Assembly: GCF_036365525.1 (NCBI RefSeq)
Contig: NC_090414.1
Coordinates: 21,041,846-21,105,845 of the forward strand
DNA: 64,000 nucleotides
From: Heterodontus francisci
Taxonomy: Eukaryota
Direction of reading: 5' to 3'
Below, one piece after another: positions 1 to 12,100 of the stretch. Numbering within the stretch: position 1 is the first letter of the stretch; each line of letters opens with the position of its first letter. The notes under the pieces were generated by a model. That model was not told the DNA's origin. It worked only from the letters and a program-made list of their open reading frames with translations, and did not search any database. Both the position numbers and the translations under genes were made by a program.

Positions 1-185
1 TTTGTCCTGGATAGTGTTGTTGGAGCTGCACCCATCCAGGCAAGTGGAGAGTATTCCATCACACTCCTGACTTGTGCCTTGTAGATGGTGGACAGGCTTT
101 GGGGAGTCAGGAGGTGAGTTACTCACCGCAGGATTCCTAGCCTCTGACCTGCTCTTGTAACCATGATATGTGTGCGTCTGGTCCA
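1..185 (-). mobile_element. CR1/L2-type LINE fragment in SART1 intron
   Basis: Resembles the RT C-terminal region of shark LINEs (ggagagtattccatcacactcctgacttgtgccttgtagatggtggac); recognised by eye. Confidence 0.55.
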
Positions 186-349
186 GTTGGACAGATCTGG
201 GACTCATCCCCACCTCCTACCTCTGTTATTTCTAAATATTTGGGGTGACAATGTTTCTCATCTGGGACCTGTACCTATGAGCCTGTCGGTTTGGTGTGCG
301 CGGCCTCACTGATCCAGTTAGTGATTCTAACTGTGGTGTGTTGATGCAG

Positions 350-1985
350 GTTAATAGACGACAAGTACAGTAGGAGGGAGGAGTATCGCGGCTTCACACA
401 GGAGTTCAAAGAGAAGGAGGCGTATCGGCCGGACGTGAAGATCGATTATGTGGATGAATCAGGAAGGAGACTAACTCCAAAAGAGGTCAGATGAAAATCG
501 CAATCGGAGGCTTGTGCAGTGGTTTAAAAGAAAACCTCTAGTTCGTGGCCCAGTCCAGGTCGACAGTGCTGAGGGAGTGTCTCGCTGTCGGAGGTGTTGT
601 CCTTTGGATGAGACGTTTAAACCGAGGCCTGCATCTGCCCTGTCAGGTGGATGTAAAAGATCCCACGGCTACTATGATCAGATGAGCGGGGGGGGAGGGC
701 AGTTCTCCACAGTGCCCTGGGCCCAATACTTATCTCTGAACCAGCATCACTAAGAAACAGATTATCTGGCCTTATCACATTGCTGTTTGTGGGATCTTGC
801 TGTGCGCAGATTGGCTGCCGTGTTTCCTACAACAGTGACTATGCTTCAAAAGTATTTCATTGGCTGTAAAGCGCTTTAGGATCTCCTGAGGGGTGAAAGG
901 CGCCATAGAAATGCAAGTCTGTCTTTTACAATGAATTAAGATCATCCCAGGTTTTATTATGCTCCCTATTGGTTGATATCTTTGCAGGGTTGAGCTCCGA
1001 GCAGTTGTTTCTCTCTCCAGCAGTAATCCTGTTCCGTGTCTGCTCTGTTATTCCCAGGCTGAGCTGCGTAAGGCGTGGACTTTTTATTAAAAAAAATGCT
1101 ACATATGTTGGTGTTTATCGCCCGTCCCTATTTGCCCTTGAGAAGGTGGTGGTGAGCTGCCTTCTTGAACCACTGCAGTCCATGTAGGGTAGGTACACCC
1201 ACAGTGCTGTTAGGAAGGGAGTTCCAGGATTTTGACCCAGTGACAGTGAAGGAACGGCGATATAGTTCCAAGTCAGGATGGTGTGTGACTTGGAGGGGAA
1301 CTTGCAGGTGGTGGTGTTCCCATGCATCTGCTGCCCTTGTCCTTCTAGGTGGTCGAGGTCGCGGGTTTGGAAGGTGCTGTCGAAGCAGCCTTGGTGAGTT
1401 GCTGCAGTGCATCTTGTAGATGGTACACACTGCTGCCACTGTGCGTCGGTGGTGGAGGGAGTGAATGTTTTAAGGCGTGATGGTGGGGGAGACCCCTGCT
1501 GGCTGTCCATTTTGGATCTAACGGTTGGAATTTGGTTTAAAAACAGGCCTTCAGACAACTGTCCCATCGCTTCCACGGGAAAGGATCCGGAAAAATGAAG
1601 ACTGAAAAGCGGATGAAGAAACTGGAAGAGGAACATGTGAGTTTACTTCCCTTTGCAGCCTCCGCACAGCTGCCCCCCTCTCCTTCTGAATAATGACCAC
1701 CCTTCGCTCTGTCTTGTCTTGTGACTGTCTCTCTTTTTGTGTTGTGTTTGGTTCAGCTGCTGAGGAAGATGAGTTCTAGCGACACCCCCCTGGGAACAGT
1801 GGCCCTCCTGCAGGAAAAGCAGAAAGCGCAGAAAACACCGTACATTGTGCTCAGTGGAAGTGGCAAAAGCATGAATGTGTACGTGAGCTGGGCTGGGGGA
1901 GGAGGGTTTTGTTTTCTTGGGAGGGGTTGGTTTTGTTGTAAGTCTCTCCTCTCTTTTCTCTTTCAGGAACACAATAACCAAATGA
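350..1985 (+). CDS. SART1: SART1 (U4/U6.U5 tri-snRNP-associated protein 1), last four coding exons; gene begins upstream of the window
   Basis: Exons 350-485, 1547-1636, 1757-1878, 1967-1985, all AG/GT bounded and in phase. They translate to [121 protein letters not shown], matching the remembered human SART1 C-terminus. Confidence 0.97.
565..925 (+). mobile_element. Deu-domain SINE (SacSINE1/AmnSINE1-like)
   Basis: Core gagggagtg...ggatgagacgttaaaccgagg...caggtggatgtaaaagatcccac and tail tgctgtttgtgggatcttgctgtgcgca...aaatgcaagt; related copies at ~4075, 32440, 51905, 56530. Confidence 0.75.
1115..1480 (-). mobile_element. LINE 3' fragment (CR1/L2-like)
   Basis: Minus-strand ORF ends ...[35 protein letters not shown], typical of LINE ORF2 C-termini. 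Confidence 0.7.
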
Positions 1986-2114
1986 AACTCACTGACCAAG
2001 GACTGCCGTTGAGAGTGGGAGCAAGCGAGTGGATGGGGGACAGGGTGGGGTGGTTGCCGTGGCTGTTTTTATGAGCTGATTTATTTCCAGTCGCCTGTTT
2101 TCCTTCTGTACATT

Positions 2115-2120
2115 AATAAA
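2115..2120 (+). terminator. Polyadenylation signal of SART1
   Basis: AATAAA 130 nt after the stop, followed by a T-rich tract. Confidence 0.7.
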
Positions 2121-3126
2121 GACACTTTTTCCTTTTTTTTCCTAGAGTATTGAGTGGCTGAAGTTGTGAGCCTGGGTCACACAGCTGCAGGGGTAAACTT
2201 TATTCTGTTAGGTCCAGTAATGATGTGAAGACCTGTGGGACAGGGTAGAATGGGAGAATAGTGGGAAAGTTTCAATGCAGTCAGGGATTTTTGTTCAGCA
2301 GTAAAAAGATCTTTAATCGGTCAACTGCTCCCCTAGTGGATCCAGCTGTATCGAGGCAAGAGACGCTATGGTACCCAAGACCATCCGCCCCACTCTCCCA
2401 CCGTAACCAGACTCCTGTCCTTTTTGTTCCCCCTCCCCCTCCCTCAAAGAATAAACCAGCACAAACTCTTCCACATCTCCCCAATCTTTTATTTACACAA
2501 GAATAGTATTTTTCTCCCTGCAGGGCTTGCTCTGAAAACTACAGGCACATAAACTCTTGGGCTGCTCGACTGTGGGAGGAGGCGCAGGAACTGGATCAAA
2601 TCCCCTCCCCGCCCCGTGATTGGTTAGCTGCGATTTTTTTTGGGGGGGGGGGGGGGCGGAGAGTGTTGGAATGTGCATTCATCCTTATGGTCGAGCAGCT
2701 AGGATTTGGGAATTCCAAATTTGACCCCCCCCCCCCCCCCCCCAAACCCCCACCAAAAAAAAAAGGGCAAAAGAAAGTAGAAAGCGTCACCTGAGATGCC
2801 ACTGATTGGTCGCCGGGGCTTTAGCCTGCTAACTAGGGCTTCAGGTGGTCGCCGTGTCCATGGGACCAGCAGCCCCTCCCCCCCCCCCCCACTACACTCA
2901 GCCTGATGTGAGGTGGGGGAGGGGATATATTAGCAGTTGCCCTGTTGCCGAAAGAGGTTTTAAAATATAATATACACTTGTCCACACAGCAAGGCAGGAA
3001 AATGTCATCCTCTCCACATCTCCCTACCCCCAACCCCAACGGGTCTTTACAAAGAAATAAACAGCAACACTTCGACAAATGTCAGGCAAACGTTTCCTCG
3101 CGTCCTAGAAGACGAAGCCCCAGCCT

Positions 3127-6100
3127 CTAAACTTCCCCCCCTTCCTCCTCCTCCTCTTCCTTCTCACTCTCCTCCTCGCTTTCCGAATACTCGTAATTTC
3201 TGCGGTTTGTGTTGACAAAGAGGTCACTGTCGTCTTCCGAATCTGACTTGGATTCCTCCTCCGAGCCTTGATTGCTGCTCTCCTTTGGGTTACTGGGAGG
3301 GGGGGGGAAAACATTGGGAATGAGTGTTCTCTGACCACCGAGTACAGAGCCTCCACCCCCCCCCCCCTTACCCCACACACAATCAGTAAAGGGCTTGGGA
3401 TCCCCACCTCCGGCCTGTGCTGCATTCGGGAGCCCACGGCTGCCGCTGATCTCTGCAGGGGGGAAATTCAGCCAAGGATCCCGCACCTGCTCACCTTCCA
3501 GTGGCCCATCCCGGGATGTCGGGGGGGCAGGCTTGGCTGAAACGTGGGCAGTGACACAGCCTCGGCAAAGTGGCTGCTAGCACGATGTTTCACAGTGTGA
3601 CAGCTTCCCCAGGGGACTGGACCCCGGACAGTGCAGGTAGTTCCCGCCCGAGGCACAGAGAGTGGGCTGCGAGTGCCTCGCCCTGGGAGCATTGGAACAG
3701 CAGAGGGTCCGGTTACTGCCAGCCTCTCCAGGGATAGAGTGTCTGCCCCTGCGCGTGGAATAAAAGCCCCTCCTGCTGCCCTAGTGGCAGGGGTTAGAGA
3801 CAGGACACTCACCTCTTGGGGCTCGCTGTAGCTGGATCCGTGAAACTGGAAGGCCTTGAGGGCAAGGAAGGAACATGGATCAGATGCAGGGTATGCACAG
3901 ACTGTCAATTAATTACCTTCACCGAGACCCGTGCCCACTGCTACCCCTCCCTCCCTCCCTCCCCCACCCCATTCACCCCGAGAAAGCAGTCTAGTGCCCA
4001 GCCCTCCCTCCTTGCTGGCGTAGTTCTCCCCCCCCCCCCTCCCCCCTCCACTTGTAATCCTCCTCCCCATAAAGCAAGACTTGCATTTCTATAACGCCTT
4101 TTATGACCACAATGTCCCAAAGTGCTTCACAGTCAATGAGGTACTTTCTGAAGTGCAGTCACTGTTGTAATGTAGGAAATGCTGCAGTTTGCGCACAGCA
4201 AGATCCCACAAACAGCAATGTGACAAATGACCCAGGTCATCTGGTTTTTCTCCGTGACGTTGGTCGAGGGATAAATATTGGGCCCCAGGACACCAGGGAG
4301 AACTCCCCCCACCCCACCCCACCCCCTCCTTCCAGTAGTGCCTGTGGGATCTTTGACATCCACCCGAAAGGGCATTGGTTTAACGACTCGTCCGATAGAC
4401 GGCACCTCCGACAGCGCAGCACTCCCTCAGCGCCGAGGGCGTCGGCGTCTCTGAAGCGGGACTCAAACCCACAACCTTCTGACTCGGAGGGGAAAGCGAT
4501 ACCTGCGGTTCGGTGCACTGCTTAATTCCATTGAAATTCCAAGCTGGAAGCAGGGTCACTCAGCACCGCCCACCCCCCGCCTACCTGTAACTCCCTTTCG
4601 TTTAAACCTCTACTAAAATGTTCTCTGCTTCAATCGCCAACAGTCCACATCACAACCCTCCGTAGGAAACTCTTCCTCTTGCTCGGTCCTAAACCTCTTG
4701 GGTTACTCCACCATTATCCTACCACAGTGCTTCCTTCTGCAGCTGTTTGATGTGCTCCTTGTACAGGATGGAGTTAATTTCCGCCTTCACCTTCTCCCCT
4801 TCTTTGATGGGATCCACAATTAGGAAGTCACCTGAACGGAACAACACACACACCACATCAGTGATTTCGCCCCGGGACGCAGGAAGGCCCAGGCTTTGAT
4901 CCCTGGCCTGTGCTGGGTTAGGCCGTCCTCCCGCCCACCCGAGGTTCTGATATTGACAGTGAGACCGCTGCAGAAAGAGCCTGGCACTCCCCAATGCCTT
5001 GCCCTGAAGTCACATATGAACATCCAAATTAGGAGCAGGAGTAGGCCACTCGGCCCCTCGAGCCTGCTCCGCCATTCAACAAGATCATGGCTGCTCTGAT
5101 TCTAACCTCAACTCCACATTCCCGCCGATAACCTTCCACTCCCTTGCTTATCAAGAATCTATCTACCTCGGCCTTAAAAATATTTAAAGACTCTGCTTCC
5201 ACTGCCTTTTGAGGAAGAGAATTCCAAAGACTCACGACCCTCGGAGAGAAAAACAGTGACCCCTAGTTCTAGATTCTCCCACAAGGGGAAACATCCTTTC
5301 CATATCCACCCTGTCGAGACCCCTCAGGATCTTATATGTTTCAAACAAGTCGGCTCTTACTCTTCTAAACTCCAGCAGATACAAGCCTAGTCTGTCCAAC
5401 CTTTCCTCATAAGGCAACCCGCCCATTCCAGGTATTAGTCTAATAAACCTTCTCTGAACTGCTTCCAATGCATTAACATCCTTCCTTAAATAAGGAGACC
5501 AATACTGTACACAGTACTCCAGATGTGGTCTCACCAATACTGTACACAATACTCCAGATGTGGTCTCACCAATACTGTACACAATACTCCAGATGTGGTC
5601 TCACCAATACTGTACACAATACTCCAGATGTGGTCTCACCAATACTGTACACAGTACTCCAGATGTGGTCTCACCAATACTGTACACAATACTCCAGATG
5701 TGGTCTCACTAATACTGTACACAGTACTCCAGATGTGGTCTCACCAATGCCCTGAATAACTGAAGCATAACCTCCCTACTTTTGTATTCAATTCCCCTCG
5801 CAATAAAGAATAACACTCTATTAGCTTTCCTAATTACTTGCTGTACCTGCATTCTAACCTTTGCGATTCATGCACTAGGACACCCAGATCCCTCTGCATC
5901 TCAGAGCTCTGCAATCTCTCACCATTTAGATCATATGCTTTTTTATTCTTCCTGCCAAAATGGGCAATTTCATATTTTCCCACATTATGCTCCATTTGCC
6001 AGGTTTTTGCCCACTCACTTAACCTATCTATATCCCTTTGTAGCCTCATGTCCTCTTCACAACTTACTTTCCTCCTTAACCTTGCGTCATCAGCAAATTT

Positions 6101-9100
6101 AGCAACCATATCTTCAGTCCCTTCATCTAAGTCATTTATATAAATTGTAAAAAGTTGAGACCCCAGCACAGATCCCTGTGGCACACCACTCGCTACATCT
6201 CGCCAAACAGAAAATGACCCATTTATGTCAACTCTGTTTCCTGTTAGCTAACCAATCTTCTATCCATGACAATATGTTACCTCCTACACTGTGAGCTTTT
6301 ATTTTCTGCAATGACCTTTGATGTGGCACACTATCAAATGCCTTCATGTCTGCTGAAAAGCATGACCCCGGAGCCCATACTGTGCCCAATCATTCTGGCA
6401 GACCCTCCCCTCCGCCAAACCATCTGTTTAAAGGGGCCTCGCAGCACCGGCTGTCCCCAAACCCTGCCTGCCAGCTGCTTGAATCTGGTAGCGGGAGACA
6501 CAGCACAATGCAACTCGCGAACAGACTGGCGCATGGAGGGGTGGGGTTAACCCAGCAGCTACAAGCAGCGTCCACTTTTAAACCGCCGCGCCCCCCCCCC
6601 CACCTCACCCCCGCATACCTCGCTTGATCCAGATGTTCTTCCGGAATTTGGTGGGCATGCTCACGAGGAACCGCTCTCCCTGTGAGGTTTCCACTTCGTG
6701 AAGATTGTTCCCTGGCGTTCCGAGCACCTGCAGGGATGAGTCAACAGACGTCTGAGAGGGAATTCGCGAGGTGGCTCGGCTTAATGACTCCTCAAAACGG
6801 ATGCCAGCTCCGACAGTGCAGTAACTGGCACTGAAGACGACGACAACAATGTTTAAAAATAGTTAAATCTCAATGCATCTCCACTCCAGTGTCTCCCAGC
6901 CCTGGAAAACTTATCAGAACTGTTCCACCAAGGGCTACAAGAGTTGCAGGCAAGTGACCTGTCGTCATTGTTCCTGCCCGGATAAAATTCTCCGGCCACC
7001 ACTATTCATCAGCAGCTGAGAAGCGGTACCGACCCTCCACACTGCGCTGATCTCCACTGAACTATTTAGGGAGCTAGTTAAACAATAATCAGCTTGGATC
7101 ACTGACACCGGAAAATGTGCGTCTTGAAACTGTGCTTGGCTGTGATGACTGTTGCAGTCAAATAGCCTTCTGAAAATAGTTCTCTAGGTTCACAGAAGGA
7201 AAGCGTTTAGCGTCTGTACAACCCGTACCTCAGTGAGAGTCAGTGTGTGTGTGAGACCCGTATCCCAGTGAGAGTCAGTGTGTGTGTGAGACCTGTACCC
7301 CAGTGAGAGTCAGTGCGTGTGAGACCTGTACCCCAGTGAGAGTCAGTGTGTGTGTGAGACCTGTACCCCAGTGAGAGTCAGTGTGTGTGTGAGACCCGTA
7401 CTCCAGTGAGAGTCAGTGTGTGTGTGAGACCTGTACCCCAGTGAGAGTCAGTGTGTGTGTGAGACCCGTACCCCAGTGAGAGTCAGTGTGTGTGTGAGAC
7501 CTGTACCCCAGTGAGAGTCAGTGTGTGTGTGAGACCTGTACCCCAGTGAGAGTCAGTGTGTGAGAGACCCGTACTCCAGTGAGAGTCAGTGTGTGTGTGA
7601 GACCTGTACCCCAGTGACAGTCAGTGCGTGTGAGACCAGTATCCCAGTGAGAGTCAGTGTGTGTGTGAGACCTGTACCCCAGTGAGAGTCAGTGTGTGTG
7701 AGACCCGTACCCCAGTGAGAGTCAGTGTGTGTGAGACCCGTACCCCAGTGAGAGTCAGTGTGTGTGGAACCTGTACCCCAGTGAGAGTCAGTGTGTGTGT
7801 GACCCGTACCCCAGTGAGAGTCAGTGTGTGTGAGACCCGTACCCCAGTGAGAGTCAGTGTGTGTGGGACCCGTACCCCAGTGAGAGTCAGTGTGTGTGGA
7901 ACCCGTACCCCAGTGAGAGTCAGTGTGTGTGGAACCTGTACCCCACTGAGAGTCAGTGTGTGTGAGACCAGTATCCCAGTGAGAGTCAGTGTGTGTGTGA
8001 GACCAGTATCCCAGTGAGAGTCAGTGTGTGTGTGAGACCTGTATCCCAGTGAGAGTCAGTGTGTGTGTGAGACCTGTACCCCAGTGAGAGTCAGTGTGTG
8101 TGAGACCTGTATCCCAGTGAGAGTCAGTGTGTGTGAGACCTGTATCCCAGTGAGTGTCAGTGTGTGTGGAACCTCACCAGACACCAGTGAGAGTCAGTGT
8201 GTGTGAGACCTTTATCCCAGTGAGAGTCAGTGTGTGTGAGACCAGTATCCCAGTGAGAGTCAGTGTGTGTGTGAGACCTTTATCCCAGTGAGAGTCAGTG
8301 TGTGTGTGAGACCTTTATCCCAGTGAGAGTCAGTGTGTGTGTGAGACCTGTATCCCAGTGAGAGTCAGTGTGTGTGTGAGACCTGTATCCCAGTGAGAGT
8401 CAGTGTGTGTGTGAGACCTGTATCCCAGTGAGAGTCAGTGTGTGTGTGTGAGACCTGTACCCCAGTGAGAGTCAGTGTGTGTGAGACCTGTATCCCAGTG
8501 AGAGTCAGTGTGTGTGAGACCTGTATCCCAGTGAGTGTCAGTGTGTGTGGAACCTCACCAGACACCAGTGAGAGTCAGTGTGTGTGAGACCTGTATCCCA
8601 GTGAGAGTCAGTGTGTGGGGAACCCGGACGCCAATGAGAGTCAGTGTGTGTGGAACCTCACCAGACACCAGTGAGAGTCAGTGTGCGTGGGACCCATACC
8701 CCAGTGAGAGTCAGTGTGTGTGGGACTCGTACCCCAGTGAGAGTCAGTGTGTGTGAGACCTGTACCCCAGTGAGAGTCGGTGTGTGTGAGACCTGTATCC
8801 CAGTGAGAGTCAGTGTGTGTGAGACCTGTATCCCAGTGAGAGTCAGTGTGTGTGAGACCCGTATCCCAGTGAGAGTCAGTGTGTGTGGGACCCGTACCCT
8901 AGTGAGAGTCAGTGTGTGTGTGAGACCAGTATCCCAGTGAGAGTCAGTGTGTGTGTGAGACCAGTATCCCAGTGAGAGTCAGTGTGTGTGTGAGACCTGT
9001 ATCCCAGTGAGAGTCAGTGTGTGTGTGAGACCTGTATCCCAGTGAGAGTCAGTGTGTGTGTGAGACCTGTATCCCAGTGAGAGTCAGTGTGTGTGTGTGA

Positions 9101-12100
9101 GACCTGTATCCCAGTGAGAGTCAGTGTGTGTGGGACCCGTACCCCAGTGAGAGTCAGTGTGTGAGACCAGTATCCCAGTGAGAGTCAGTGTGTGTGTGAG
9201 ACCTGTATCCCAGTGAGAGTCAGTGTGTGTGTGTGAGACCTGTATCCCAGTGAGAGTCAGTGTGTGTGTGTGTGAGACCTGTATCCCAGTGAGAGTGAGT
9301 GTGTGTGGGACCCGTACCCCAGTGAGAGTCAGTGTGTGTGTGAGACCTGTATCCCAGTGAGAGTCAGTGTGTGTGTGTGAGACCTGTATCCCAGTGAGAG
9401 TCAGTGTGTGTGTGTGAGACCCGTACCCCAGTGAGAGTCAGTGTGTGTGTGAGACCTGTATCCCAGTGAGAGTCAGTGTGTGTGTCTGAGACCTGTATCC
9501 CAGTGAGAGTCAGTGTGTGTGAGACCTGTATCCCAGTGAGAGTCAGTGTGTGTGAGACCTGTATCCCAGTGAGAGTCAGTGTGTGTGTGTGAGACCTGTA
9601 TCCCAGTGAGAGTCAGTGTGTGTGTGTGAGACCTGTATCCCAGTGAGAGTCAGTGTGTGTGGGACCCGTACCCCAGTGAGAGTCAGTGTGTGTGGGACCC
9701 GTACCCCAGTGAGAGTCAGTGTGTGTGGGACCCGTACCCCAGTGAGAGTCAGTGTGTGTGGGACTCGTACCCCAGTGAGAGTCAGTGTGTGTGAGACCCG
9801 TACCCCAGTGAGAGTCAGTGTGTGTGGGACCCATACCCCAGTGAGAGTCAGTATGTGTGGGACCCGTACCCCAGTGAGAGTCAGTGTGTGTGGGACCCGT
9901 ACCCCAGTGAGAATCAGTGTGTGTGTGAGACCTGTATCCCAGTGAGAGTCAGTGTGTGTGTGTGAGACCTGTATCCCAGTGAGAGTCAGTGTGTGTGAGA
10001 CCTGTATCCCAGTGAGAGTCAGTGTGTGTGTGAGACCTGTATCCCAGTGAGAGTCAGTGTGTGTGTGTGAGACCCGTATCCCAGTGAGAGTGAGTGTGTG
10101 TGGGACCCGTACCCCAGTGAGAGTCAGTGTGTGTGGGACCCGTACCCCAGTGAGAGTCAGTGTGTGTGGGACCCGTACCCCAGTGAGAGTCAGTGTGTGT
10201 GGGACCCGTACCCCAGTGAGAGTCAGTGTGTGTGAGACCCGTACCCCAGTGAGAGCCAGTGTGTGTGGGACCTGTACCCCAGTGAGAGTCAGTGTCTGTG
10301 CAACCCGTACCCCAGTGAGAGTCAGTGTGTGTGGCACCTGTACCCCAGTGAGAGTCAGTGTGTGTGAGACCAGTATCCCAGTGAGAGTCAGTGTGTGTGG
10401 AACCCGGACCCCAGTGAGAGTCAGTGTGTGTGGGACCCGTACCCCAGTGAGTGTCAGTGTGTGTGGGACCCGTACCCCAGTGAGAGTCAGTGTGTGTGGG
10501 ACCCGTACCCCAGTGAGAGTCAGTGTGTGTGAGACCCGTACCCCAGTGAGAGTCAGTGTGTGTGGGACCCATACCCCAGTGAGAGTCAGTATGTGTGGGA
10601 CCCGTACCCCAGTGAGAGTCAGTGTGTGTGGGACCCGTACCCCAGTGAGAATCAGTGTGTGTGTGAGACCTGTATCCCAGTGAGAGTCAGTGTGTGTGTG
10701 TGAGACCTGTATCCCAGTGAGAGTCAGTGTGTGTGAGACCTGTATCCCAGTGAGAGTCAGTGTGTGTGTGAGACCTGTATCCCAGTGAGGGTCAGTGTGT
10801 GTGTGTGAGACCCGTATCCCAGTGAGAGTCAGTGTGTGTGGGACCCGTACCCCAGTGAGAGTCAGTGTGTGTGGGACCCGTACCCCAGTGAGAGTCAGTG
10901 TGTGTGGGACCCGTACCCCAGTGAGAGTCAGTGTGTGTGGGACCCGTACCCCAGTGAGAGTCAGTGTGTGTGGGACCCGTACCCCAGTGAGAGTCAGTGT
11001 GTGTGGGACCCGTACCCCAGTGAGAGTCAGTGTGTGTGGGACCCGTATCCCAGTGAGATTCAGTGTGTGTGGGACCCGTACCCCAGTGAGAGTCAGTGTG
11101 TGTGGGACCCGTACCCCAGTGAGAGTCAGTGTGTGTGGGACCCGTACCCCAGTGAGAGTCAGTGTGTGTGGGACCCGTACCCCAGTGAGAGTCAGTGTGT
11201 GTGGGACCCGTACCCCAGTGAGAGTCAGTGTGTGTGGGACCCGTACCCCAGTGAGAGTCAGTGTGTGTGGGACCCGTACCCCAGTGAGAGTCAGTGTGTG
11301 TGGGACTCGTACCCCAGTGAGAGTCAGTGTGTGTGGGACCCGTACCCCAGTGAGAGTCAGTGTGTGTGGGACCCGTACCCCAGTGAGAGTCAGTGTGTGT
11401 GGGACCCGTACCCCAGTGAGAATCAGTGTGTGTGGGACCCGTACCCCAGTGAGAGTCAGTGTGTGTGCGACCCGTACCCCAGTGAGAGTCAGTGTGTGTG
11501 GGACCCGTACCCCAGTGAGAGTCAGTGTGTGTGGGACTCGTACCCCAGTGAGACTCAGTGTGTCTGAGACCCGTACCCCAGTGAGAGTCAGTGTGTGGGA
11601 CCCGTACCCCAGTGAGAGTCAGTGTGTGTGGGACCCGTACCCCAGTGAGAGTCAGTGTGTCTGAGACCCGTACCCCAGTGAGAGTCAGTGTGTGTGGGAC
11701 TCGTACCCCAGTGAGACTCAGTGTGTCTGAGACCCGTACCCCAGTGAGAGTCAGTGTGTGTGGGACCCGTACCCCAGTGAGAGTCAGTGTGTGTGGGACC
11801 CGTACCCCAGTGAGAGTCAGTGTGTCTGAGACCCGTACCCCAGTGAGAGTCAGTGTGTGGGACCCGTACCCCAGTGAGAGTCAGTGTGTGTGGGACCCGT
11901 ACCCCAGTGAGAGTCAGTGTGTGTGGGACTCGTACCCCAGTGAGAGTCAGTGTGTGTGGGACCCGTACCCCAGTGAGAGTCAGTGTGTGTGGGACCCGTA
12001 CCCCAGTGAGAGTCAGTGTGTGTGGGACCCGTACCCCAGTGAGAGTCAGTGTGTGTGGTATCCGTACCCCAGTGAGAGTCAGTGTGTGTGGGACCCGTAC

